Origin: Candidatus Saccharimonadota bacterium
GTDB lineage: Bacteria; Patescibacteriota; Saccharimonadia; Saccharimonadales; Saccharimonadaceae
Direction: 5' to 3'
DNA length: 32,000 bases
NCBI GenBank assembly: GCA_020160975.1
Contig: JAIUPJ010000001.1
Location: forward strand, 600,001-632,000
In this document: positions 9,541 through 18,555 of the stretch, one piece after another
Numbering within the stretch: position 1 is the first letter of the stretch
Layout of the letters: each line of letters starts with the position of its first letter
The notes under the pieces: generated by a model
The model's input: the letters and a program-made list of their open reading frames with translations, nothing else
What the model was told of the DNA's origin: nothing
Database searches by the model: none
Position numbers and translations under genes: made by a program

Positions 9541-10524
9541 TTATCGTCGTCTCGAGCCACGAGAACGACCGACCACGCGATCGGTGTATCGACGTACGAG
9601 AAGGCGTGCAATAATGGCAATTGCAATAATTGCAACAACTACCGCTAAAATAAGGCGCCATGGAATCACCCAAAAACTTAGCTCGCTGGTGATCTGCTGG
9701 TTTGACTCCCCATAGTTTAGTGTCATCTTTGCACGGTAAAGACCAAAGAGCATACGATCACCGATATTGCTCTTGTCGAGCGGTTGATCGAGCTTTCGAG
9801 TAGTTCCTGGCAAAATGCTACGTCGTTCGAGATTGACGTTAACATTGGCGACGAGATTTCCAAACATGTCGGTGACAGCTATCTGACCAGTTGGTTGTTC
9901 AAAGACATTGCCCTTGTTGACGATTTTTTGATTGAATGTTACCGGCTGCTCCTCGAATAGCCAGCCTGGAATATCGGTGGGGGTTTTGCTGACATAAAAG
10001 GTATTAAACGCCAGCTCTTCTTTTGCCTGACCATTCACACGTAGAAATATGAGTGCTCCGAGACTTGCGCTCAGAGAGACTCCTGAGGATTCCATATCTG
10101 GTGCTGTTGCCGTAAATCGAATGACTCCGTAGTAACCGCCTGGCGAGGCATCTTTTGGAATCTTGATGGTGACGGGGAGAGATTCAATTTGACGAGGCTT
10201 CAATGATAGCTTATTGAGCGGCTGTATCCAGGTTTTAATTGAATATGGGGTGGGCTCTGCCTGATCGAGTAGAATTTTTGGTACGCCGTCTTCGCCGTTA
10301 GCCGTGAAGTCATCGACTGTTCCGGTCACGACTAGGGGGCTGCTAGAGATATCGCGCAGATTAATAGTGGCAGATACGGTATCGCCTGGATTTGCCTTGA
10401 GGTTGAGAACGGGCGGTGCGATTTCGAGTGCTTGGCCGGGAGCATCTACCGCATGAGCTGGTGTTGCGGCAAAAACAAACAGGGTAGATAAGGCGACAAG
10501 AGTGGTGGCAAATAACTTCTTCAT
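9541..10524 (-). CDS. Signal-peptide protein with two beta-rich halves, a C-terminal TM anchor and an Arg-rich tail. Resembles DUF916/DUF3324 (CscA-type) components of Firmicutes WxL/Csc surface loci.
   Basis: Signal peptide MKKLFATTLVALSTLFVFAATPAHA. Motif pattern by eye: LKANPGDTVSATINLRDISSSPLVV, IPKDASPGGYYGVIRFTA, VNKGNVFEQPTGQIAVTD, RSILPGTTRKL, FGLYRAKMTLNYG, SFWVIPW. C-terminal TM is RLILAVVVAIIAIAIIARLLV, followed by RRYTDRVVGRSRGSRRR. Starts 4 nt after the upstream gene's stop. The family assignment is from memory of the family pattern, not from a search. Confidence 0.55.
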   Translation of the reverse strand: MKKLFATTLVALSTLFVFAATPAHAVDAPGQALEIAPPVLNLKANPGDTVSATINLRDISSSPLVVTGTVDDFTANGEDGVPKILLDQAEPTPYSIKTWIQPLNKLSLKPRQIESLPVTIKIPKDASPGGYYGVIRFTATAPDMESSGVSLSASLGALIFLRVNGQAKEELAFNTFYVSKTPTDIPGWLFEEQPVTFNQKIVNKGNVFEQPTGQIAVTDMFGNLVANVNVNLERRSILPGTTRKLDQPLDKSNIGDRMLFGLYRAKMTLNYGESNQQITSELSFWVIPWRLILAVVVAIIAIAIIARLLVRRYTDRVVGRSRGSRRR

Positions 10525-10528
10525 AGAA

Positions 10529-11653
10529 TTAATAAGTGGGGGTACAGATGTAGGTTAAGGTAGCGACATAGGTGCCGGCCATCTGATTACCGGCCACGTC
10601 GACGATGTATGATGAAGTGAAGATTTGAGCATTGGTTGGTCCTGCGACGTTGAAGTTGCTCGCAGCAACAATGTCCCCAGAATTATACTTAAAAGTGTCG
10701 ACAGTATTATAGCCTGTTTGTGCTTGACCTCTGAGGTCAGTACCGTTTGGAGGAAGGTCAACTTCGGCGCCAATCGCTACCGGAGAGGTAGCGGTGGTGT
10801 TGGCTTTGAGGTTCATGCCAAATTCACTTTTACCTCTGGTGCGTGTGGCGGCTGTTGTCATAGCTGGGATGGTGTTTGAGCCAGAGGTGAGGGTAGCACC
10901 ATTGACTGTGATGGCGTATCCAGAGCCTGCGTTGGTGCTTGCTGCCATCTGTGAAGTTGCAGTGGCAGTATCGGTTGGAGAGAAAAGCTGGTTGAAGCTA
11001 ATTGCTCCTGAAGTGGCAGTAGCACAATCAGGCACACCTGCAGTTTTGCTCACAGTGCCTCCCGTGCAAAAGATCAATGTCTCAGGCATGACACCAGTTA
11101 GGACGATCTGGGTGGCGGTACTAGCGGCTACCGTACCGGTGTCTACGGCGCCCGTAGCGCCATCGGTACCGGTATATGAGGTGATGCGAACGAAGAACGT
11201 GTAATTAGTAGTGGAAGGGTTGGTGACGCTGTTGAGTTGGATTTTGACAACCGCATTGGCACCCGTTGCTGCAGCAGCACGAGTTGCGATGAAGCTGTTT
11301 GCCGTCGAGCTTAATTTGCTAAATCCCGTTACGGTACTGCCTGTTTCGTTACCAAAAGTTGCAGCTGTTGCGCTCATGCCAGTTGGGGCTACACAAGCAA
11401 CCTGCACAGCGACGGTACAATATTCAAATTTGATCGAGCCAACTGTGCCTGCAGTTGGGAGCGTAAAGGTAAAGGCATGATTGACGACGCCACCCGGCTT
11501 TGAGCCACCATCAGTTGCGCCAGCGACAAGCTGCAAGCTACGATCAGTAATTTGTGCAGCGTAGGCAGTCGGTGCTTCATAAGCAAAGATGACAGCGCTG
11601 AACACCATCAAGCCACTAAGCAGATAATAGGAGAGTCTCCTCACACTTCTCAT
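10529..11653 (-). CDS. Secreted two-domain beta-rich surface subunit, paralog A (374 aa). C-terminal tail is AGTYVATLTYICTPTY.
   Basis: Track ORF 10529..11659 starts at TTG. ATG at 11653 gives MRSVRRLSYYLLSGLMVFSAVIFAYEAPTAYA|AQ, a signal peptide. Clearly homologous along its length to 11783..12934 (e.g. DGGSKPGG(V/I)VNH.FTFTLP, GSIKFEYCT, CVAPTGM, ISFNQLFSPT, SQMAASTNA.SGY.IT(V/I)NGATL.SGSNTI.AMTTA). Confidence 0.8.
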   Translation of the reverse strand: MRSVRRLSYYLLSGLMVFSAVIFAYEAPTAYAAQITDRSLQLVAGATDGGSKPGGVVNHAFTFTLPTAGTVGSIKFEYCTVAVQVACVAPTGMSATAATFGNETGSTVTGFSKLSSTANSFIATRAAAATGANAVVKIQLNSVTNPSTTNYTFFVRITSYTGTDGATGAVDTGTVAASTATQIVLTGVMPETLIFCTGGTVSKTAGVPDCATATSGAISFNQLFSPTDTATATSQMAASTNAGSGYAITVNGATLTSGSNTIPAMTTAATRTRGKSEFGMNLKANTTATSPVAIGAEVDLPPNGTDLRGQAQTGYNTVDTFKYNSGDIVAASNFNVAGPTNAQIFTSSYIVDVAGNQMAGTYVATLTYICTPTY

Positions 11654-11660
11654 AATCAAA

Positions 11661-11690
11661 AGTGTACCATAAGCGAAAACCAGCGGTCAA
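11661..11690 (-). promoter_or_regulatory. Candidate sigma70-type promoter for paralog A: TTGACC-18 nt-TACACT, with the -10 ending 7 nt before the ATG (leaderless geometry).
   Basis: Minus-strand read is TTGACCgctggttttcgcttatggTACACTtttgattATG. Sequence pattern only. Confidence 0.35.
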
Positions 11691-11734
11691 ATAGTTGGGT
11701 CAATCGAGCATAATTATATGTGGATAACTAGCAA

Positions 11735-11760
11735 AGCCGTGTAATCACCAAAACACGGCT
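11735..11760 (-). terminator. Hairpin between the two paralog genes; possible intrinsic terminator.
   Basis: AGCCGTGT-aatcaccaaa-ACACGGCT, an 8-bp perfect stem, 23 nt downstream of the stop at 11783. On the minus strand it is followed by ttgctagtt, only moderately T-rich. Confidence 0.4.
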
Positions 11761-11782
11761 CATGCATGCTATCCGTGGTGGA

Positions 11783-12934
11783 CTAGTAGGTTGGGGTACA
11801 AATATAGGTAAGGGTAGTAGAGTAGTTACCAGCTGGCAAGCTACCAGGAACATTTGCGATATAGGTGGCGGTGTAAATTTGGGCGTCGGTTCCACCAAGT
11901 ACTGTGTTGCCGCTGTTTGCGACAGGGTCACCGGAATTGAATTTGAAGCTATCTACCGTGTCATACCCTGCAAGCGGCTGACCACGTAGGTTTGCGGCAT
12001 TGGATGTCGGCGCCAATTCGGTGCCGGTTGCAACGGTGTCGATGGTATTGGCTCTGAGATTGAGCCCGAACTGGCTATTACCGTGGAGACTGGGCCCAGC
12101 AGTAGTCATTGCAGCGATCGTGTTTGATCCTGAACTAAGGGTGGCGCCATTGATGGTGATGGAGTAGCCGGAGCTAGCGTTGGTACTTGCTGCCATCTGC
12201 GAGCTTGCGGTGGCTGTGGCAGTCGGAGAGAATAGCTGGTTAAAGCTAATGAGTCCAGAGGTGGCAGTACCGCAGTCTGGGACACTAGCAGTCAAGCCAA
12301 TCGCTGCACCAGTACAGAAGACCAGTGATTCGGGCATTGTACCGTCGAGGATGATTTGCTCGGCGGTCGAAGCAGCGACTGTTCCTCTATGGACCGGCAC
12401 ACCTGTCGTATCGGTGCTCGCATAAGCGGTAACACGTACGAAGAATGTTTTGTTGCTTGCAGGTACGACGCCATAGTTTGGGTTTGTAACGCCATTGACT
12501 GTGTAAGTGACAGTGGTATTTGCACCCAGTGTGTAAGCGCTGCCTCGTGAGAGGTAGTAGCTATTGAAGTTTGGGCCAGTCGCTGGGTGCATGGTCATAC
12601 CGGTGATGCCTGTCTCGCCACCTAGCGTGACTGTGCCGGCATTCATGCCAGTTGGAGCGACACAGGTGAAGGCGCCAACATCTGCAGCGGTCGTACAGTA
12701 TTCGAATTTAATCGAGCCAACAGAGCCGCCAGATGGTAGTGTAAAGGTAAATCTATGGTTAACAATACCGCCTGGTTTTGATCCACCGTCAACACCACCT
12801 GCAACAAGTGTCAGGCTACGATCGAGAATCTGCGCCGCATTTGTAGGGGTTGGTAAAACGACTTGTAAGACAAGTATAGTGGCGAGCGAGAGCAGGCCAA
12901 GAGCTTTTAATAGTGGTGGTGATATTTTTTTCAT
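11783..12934 (-). CDS. Secreted two-domain beta-rich surface subunit, paralog B (383 aa). C-terminal tail is AGNYSTTLTYICTPTY.
   Basis: Track ORF 11783..12985. I trimmed the start to ATG at 12934, giving the signal peptide MKKISPPLLKALGLLSLATILVLQVVLPTPTNA|AQ. Homologous to 10529..11653. Confidence 0.8.
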   Translation of the reverse strand: MKKISPPLLKALGLLSLATILVLQVVLPTPTNAAQILDRSLTLVAGGVDGGSKPGGIVNHRFTFTLPSGGSVGSIKFEYCTTAADVGAFTCVAPTGMNAGTVTLGGETGITGMTMHPATGPNFNSYYLSRGSAYTLGANTTVTYTVNGVTNPNYGVVPASNKTFFVRVTAYASTDTTGVPVHRGTVAASTAEQIILDGTMPESLVFCTGAAIGLTASVPDCGTATSGLISFNQLFSPTATATASSQMAASTNASSGYSITINGATLSSGSNTIAAMTTAGPSLHGNSQFGLNLRANTIDTVATGTELAPTSNAANLRGQPLAGYDTVDSFKFNSGDPVANSGNTVLGGTDAQIYTATYIANVPGSLPAGNYSTTLTYICTPTY

Positions 12935-12975
12935 GTTGTGGTGGTTTTTGTTTATGTTTAGTGATATCTGCCAGC

Positions 12976-13005
12976 ACTTTAGCATAAGTGTTTTTGAATT
13001 GTCAA
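12976..13005 (-). promoter_or_regulatory. Candidate promoter for paralog B: TTGACA-18 nt-(TGc)TAAAGT, an extended -10.
   Basis: Minus-strand read is TTGACAattcaaaaacacttaTGcTAAAGT, in the 95-nt gap between 13030 and 12934. Pattern only. Confidence 0.3.
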
Positions 13006-13029
13006 CAATAAGTTGTGAAAACTACGCCA

Positions 13030-13755
13030 TTAGTATGTGCCGGTGACCACGAGCGTCTGGTTGGTGGTATACTGCCCACCGTGAGTGAGAGGTGATACAT
13101 TAACGACATAACTAATCGTATAGTTGGTCACGCCACTATCTTTGTCTGATTGTGCAATGATATCGCCACTTTGGTAAAAATACTTGTTTGGTGTGTTGTA
13201 ATTTGCCGCTAACGCACCAAATCCAAACTGCCCATTATCAGGGTTTGTGCCAAGTGATATGGGCAGAGTATTTGCAACTAAATTAATACCAAACTGCTCA
13301 ACACCGGCTTGTGCGGGACCTAGCACCGACATCGGGGTGATGGTATGTGCGCCATTTTGCGGAGGAGTGCCAACAATTTGTACGACATATCCGTACGTTG
13401 TGTAGTTAAGAACGGTAAAGCTCGCAGTGGTAGTCGAGGTAGCAGTAGGGGTGAAGGCGCCAAAGTTAGTCCCGCTCGAGTTAACGACAAACGAAAGAGC
13501 AGGATCACCCGTTGTTTTGCTGCCGGCATTGATCTGGTAGTTTGTCGATGTCGAGTTGCCTACGCCTAAATCACCGGTCGCCTCGGTGATGCCATAATTT
13601 GCCGACCCTGAATTAATTAATCCGCTGGTACCAACACTGGTTTCGTCGAACTTGAAATTTGTCGACTGAAGTGTCTCGGCGAGTACAGGTGTAATAGACG
13701 CTGTTGCAACTATCAGCGCCACAAATATGCCTCGTACTCCAATTTGCCAGGCCAT
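13030..13755 (-). CDS. Secreted single-domain beta-rich surface subunit, paralog C (241 aa). C-terminal tail is GGQYTTNQTLVVTGTY.
   Basis: Track ORF 13030..13791. I trimmed the start to ATG at 13755, giving MAWQIGVRGIFVALIVATASITPVLA|ETLQ. Shares C-domain motifs with paralogs A/B: QFGINLVANT vs EFGMNLKANT / QFGLNLRANT; YFYQSGDIIAQS vs FKYNSGDIVAAS / FKFNSGDPVANS; and a terminal G-x-Y...T-x-Y. Confidence 0.75.
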   Translation of the reverse strand: MAWQIGVRGIFVALIVATASITPVLAETLQSTNFKFDETSVGTSGLINSGSANYGITEATGDLGVGNSTSTNYQINAGSKTTGDPALSFVVNSSGTNFGAFTPTATSTTTASFTVLNYTTYGYVVQIVGTPPQNGAHTITPMSVLGPAQAGVEQFGINLVANTLPISLGTNPDNGQFGFGALAANYNTPNKYFYQSGDIIAQSDKDSGVTNYTISYVVNVSPLTHGGQYTTNQTLVVTGTY

Positions 13756-13761
13756 AACTCT

Positions 13762-13814
13762 ATTGTAGGAGTAGGCATGAGCTTTTTGCAAGTTTCGCTT
13801 GCGGGCGGTATACT
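13762..13814. promoter_or_regulatory. Divergent promoter pair sharing one palindromic -35 hexamer, TTGCAA (13786-13791).
   Basis: Plus strand: TTGCAA-17 nt-TATACT (13809-13814), upstream of ATG 13844. Minus strand: TTGCAA-18 nt-TACAAT (13767-13762), then 6 nt, then ATG 13755. Confidence 0.4.
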
Positions 13815-13843
13815 AGCGTTAGCAGTATGGGTGAGACAAACAG

Positions 13844-14863
13844 ATGAGTAATGATCCAAATAATGAATCTCAGACACCAGCACCAGAAGTGTTGACTGTT
13901 GGCGGCGAATCGTCGACACCCGACACTTCGAATGGGCAACAAGCAGAGGTCGTCAAGACTGCTCCGGCCACGCCCAAGCGCCGTATTGCCTACAAGCCTA
14001 GTCACAAAGGTACGTTTATCGGGTTGGTGGTGGTAATTCTTATCCTAGCCATCAACGCCGGTATCATCGCTTTTGTCATGCGCAACCAAGTCACAGCGGA
14101 GGAAGAGAGGATCAAAAACGGGGTGACTATTAGTTCTGCCACGCTCGACAAATTAGGGGTGAGCCGCAATCCAGCTGGCAATGCCGAGACGGAGTTGATT
14201 GTAGGACCGAAGTCGACATTTAAGGACAATGTGCAAATGGCGGGATCATTGCAAGTTGGCGGCAGCCTGGTGCTCAATAGTAAATTTACTGCGAGTGATG
14301 CTGCCCTGGCCAAGCTCCAGGCAGGTGATACACAGGTGCAGTCGCTCAATGTCAATGGCGATGGCACCATAAGCACCCTTAATCTGCGTAAAGATCTGAA
14401 AGTGGCCGGGGTGACGCAACTCCAGGGGCCGTTGACAGTCAACCAACTAACGACCGTTAATAATAATATGAATGTCGCCGGTAATTTATCAATTGGCGGA
14501 AGTTTGAGTGTGCGCAACTTCCAGGTAGCAACGCTGACCGTGGCTGGACACTTGATCAGCACGGGCGCGCAACCAGGTGCAAGTGCCGGGGGCGGTACTG
14601 GTAGCAACGGCACGGCGGCGATTAGCGGCAATGATACCTCGGGAACAGTGTCGGTCAACATGGGAGTCGGTGCGGGCAATGGTTTGCTCGCGACCGTGAA
14701 TTTCAGCACGAAATATGCCGAAACGCCGCATGTCGTCGTGACACCAATCGGTCGAAGTGTACCGGGAATGTATATCAATCGCACGTCTGCCGGCTTCACA
14801 ATTAGTGTCGATGGAGCACTGGCGCCAGGTGGGTATGCATTTGACTATGTGGTGGTGCAGTAG
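13844..14863 (+). CDS. Type II membrane-anchored protein with a beta-helix-like repeat region and a C-terminal beta-sandwich reminiscent of an H-type lectin domain.
   Basis: Disordered N-terminus, then TM FIGLVVVILILAINAGIIAFVM. Repetitive segment: LQVGGSLVLNS / VQSLNVNGDGTISTLNL / LKVAGVTQLQGPLTVNQLT / MNVAGNLSIGGSLSVRNFQ. C-terminus: GTVSVNMG...ATVNFSTKYAETPHVVVTPIGRSVPGMYINRTSAGFTISVDG...FDYVVVQ. The lectin call is weak. Confidence 0.7.
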   Translation: MSNDPNNESQTPAPEVLTVGGESSTPDTSNGQQAEVVKTAPATPKRRIAYKPSHKGTFIGLVVVILILAINAGIIAFVMRNQVTAEEERIKNGVTISSATLDKLGVSRNPAGNAETELIVGPKSTFKDNVQMAGSLQVGGSLVLNSKFTASDAALAKLQAGDTQVQSLNVNGDGTISTLNLRKDLKVAGVTQLQGPLTVNQLTTVNNNMNVAGNLSIGGSLSVRNFQVATLTVAGHLISTGAQPGASAGGGTGSNGTAAISGNDTSGTVSVNMGVGAGNGLLATVNFSTKYAETPHVVVTPIGRSVPGMYINRTSAGFTISVDGALAPGGYAFDYVVVQ

Positions 14864-14983
14864 TAGCGGTAATGAGACAATTGCAGGCAGTTTTCTATAG
14901 CTTCACGCAGAGAAAGCTATATCTAGCAGCTGGCTTTCTCTGGTTCTGCATATAGACTCACTGACCGTTCGTTTATCATCGCG

Positions 14984-15026
14984 CGGTGGGACGGAGTAAA
15001 TCCGTCCAGACCGGCTGCTCTTTTTT
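14984..15026 (+). terminator. Rho-independent-terminator-like hairpin plus T6, 120 nt downstream of the 13844..14863 stop.
   Basis: CGGTgGGACGGA-gtaaa-TCCGTCCagACCG (4+7 bp with a small internal loop), then gctgctc, then TTTTTT (15021-15026). Confidence 0.45.
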
Positions 15027-15191
15027 GAATCTCAGTCGCACAGTAAAAACAACGTGCATGTTGCTTGGCTGGACTTTTTCCCTTCAGTTGCAACAAAATC
15101 GCTAGCAATAAATTCTGACGAATGCGTCTAGTTCTATTATGAATATCTACGTGAGAAGCCCCGCACACTCGTAAGCATGCGGGGCGGGCTC

Positions 15192-15545
15192 TCATGGCGG
15201 GGAGCTGGTGCAGTTTATGCTGCTCGGCTCTCCGGATAGAGCGATGGGGCACAGGAGGTAGGGCGTGTAGCCAGCGGCTGTGCGGTAGAGCAGCACGTCG
15301 TAGGTGGCTCCCGAGACCGACTTGAGCACCGCACTCCCCTCGAGTCCATTGCCGTACCCGCCTTCTGGTGCGATGACCGACACCACGTCGTACCCTTCAC
15401 TCATGAGTTGCTGCTTTACGTCGGCAGCGCGGGTGCTATCGCGATGGCTCATCACTGTCACGGCGACCGTGATGAACAGCAGGAAGACGATGGGCGAAAC
15501 CCAGATCCAGTGGGTGGCGTAGAAACGCCTGATCAAGGCAGTCAC
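15192..15545 (-). CDS. Small membrane-anchored hypothetical protein (117 aa).
   Basis: Track ORF 15192..15629. I prefer GTG at 15545 because AGGGAAGGAA (SD-like) lies 5-6 nt upstream. One TM, WIWVSPIVFLLFITVAVTVM, then a small soluble domain. Locally higher GC than the flanks. No family recognised. Confidence 0.4.
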   Translation of the reverse strand: MTALIRRFYATHWIWVSPIVFLLFITVAVTVMSHRDSTRAADVKQQLMSEGYDVVSVIAPEGGYGNGLEGSAVLKSVSGATYDVLLYRTAAGYTPYLLCPIALSGEPSSINCTSSPP

Positions 15546-15735
15546 GGAAGTTCCTTCCCTAGTAGTGTGCCGTATAGCTAGTAAACCACGCTGGTTTAGG
15601 TAGGGCAAGCGTGAGCACTTAGCGGGCATACAAAATAGTCACGATACACAATCGTACATTTTATCTTATCGATAAAACTAGAAATAATGAGACACATTCA
15701 TCAGAATTTATTTCTGTGAATTTGTTGTAACTTAG

Positions 15736-15764
15736 GAAAAAGAGCAGACCGAGAAGCCTGCTTC
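15736..15764 (-). terminator. Intrinsic terminator downstream of atpC.
   Basis: Minus-strand read is AGCAG-gcttctcggt-CTGCT followed by CTTTTTCC, about 40 nt after the atpC stop (15804). Confidence 0.45.
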
Positions 15765-15803
15765 GCGGCTCGATGAGAAAAGACAGTGTTTTGTCTCATA
15801 CGT

Positions 15804-16063
15804 TTACATGTTGACAAATAGCATGACCTCATCGGATTTGACGGTCAGCATACCGCTGTAGATCTCAAACGAGATGTCGTCGGTATCGGTGCTAATGGTC
15901 ACCGTACAGGGGATTAGCATGCTAAAAAAATCAGCGTGCCCCGGTAAGATATCAAATTCACCGACTTTGTTTTTGGCGGTAATGCTGAAAGCGGGGCCTT
16001 CATAGTAGACATGAAACGGCGCGCGGGCGATGACATTGAGGCTGGAGAGTGCTTCTTTTGCCA

Positions 16064-16064
<1 letters not shown>
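15804..16064 (-). CDS. atpC: F1 ATP synthase epsilon subunit, short form (86 aa; N-terminal beta-sandwich only).
   Basis: Last gene of the operon, with a TAATG overlap onto atpD. Pattern ...VGEFDILPGHADFFSMLIPCTVTI...SGMLTVKSDEVMLFV matches the epsilon N-domain (GxxGILPxHxP-like). No C-terminal helical hairpin. Confidence 0.75.
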
Positions 16065-18420
<2,356 letters not shown>

Positions 18421-18555
18421 CGTGTGCCCATCGATAATCTGGGCTATAGGGCCAGGAATTTCGAGAGAGCGCAGCGCGGATTAGTAGCGGCTCAGAGAAA
18501 GGTCGACAAGCGCTACCATTGCGTTGCCTTCTCGCTATCTCGTACTGCGCGGTAT

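Noticed and set aside
7445-13046. Long plus-strand ORFs inside the surface-protein genes (7445..7936, 10794..11204, 12564..13046, and others).
   Set aside because: They are antisense to genes with signal peptides and paralog-supported reading frames. They have no start-site signals.
14002-14799. 265-aa antisense ORF opposite the 13844..14863 gene.
   Set aside because: It lies completely inside a gene with a clear TM/repeat/lectin-like architecture. Its open frame is explained by the GNN/NNC-rich codon usage of the sense strand. The translation is Pro/Leu/Thr-rich with no motifs.
14923-15252. 109-aa minus-strand ORF in the large gap.
   Set aside because: Arg/His-rich composition with no TM or domain pattern. 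It overlaps the 3' end of the 15192..15545 gene and spans hairpin structures. More likely non-coding.
15190-15560. Locally GC-richer segment, considered as a horizontally acquired islet.
   Set aside because: It is only about 370 bp and coincides with one small ORF. It has no flanking repeats, tRNA or integrase. I cannot compute the statistics here.
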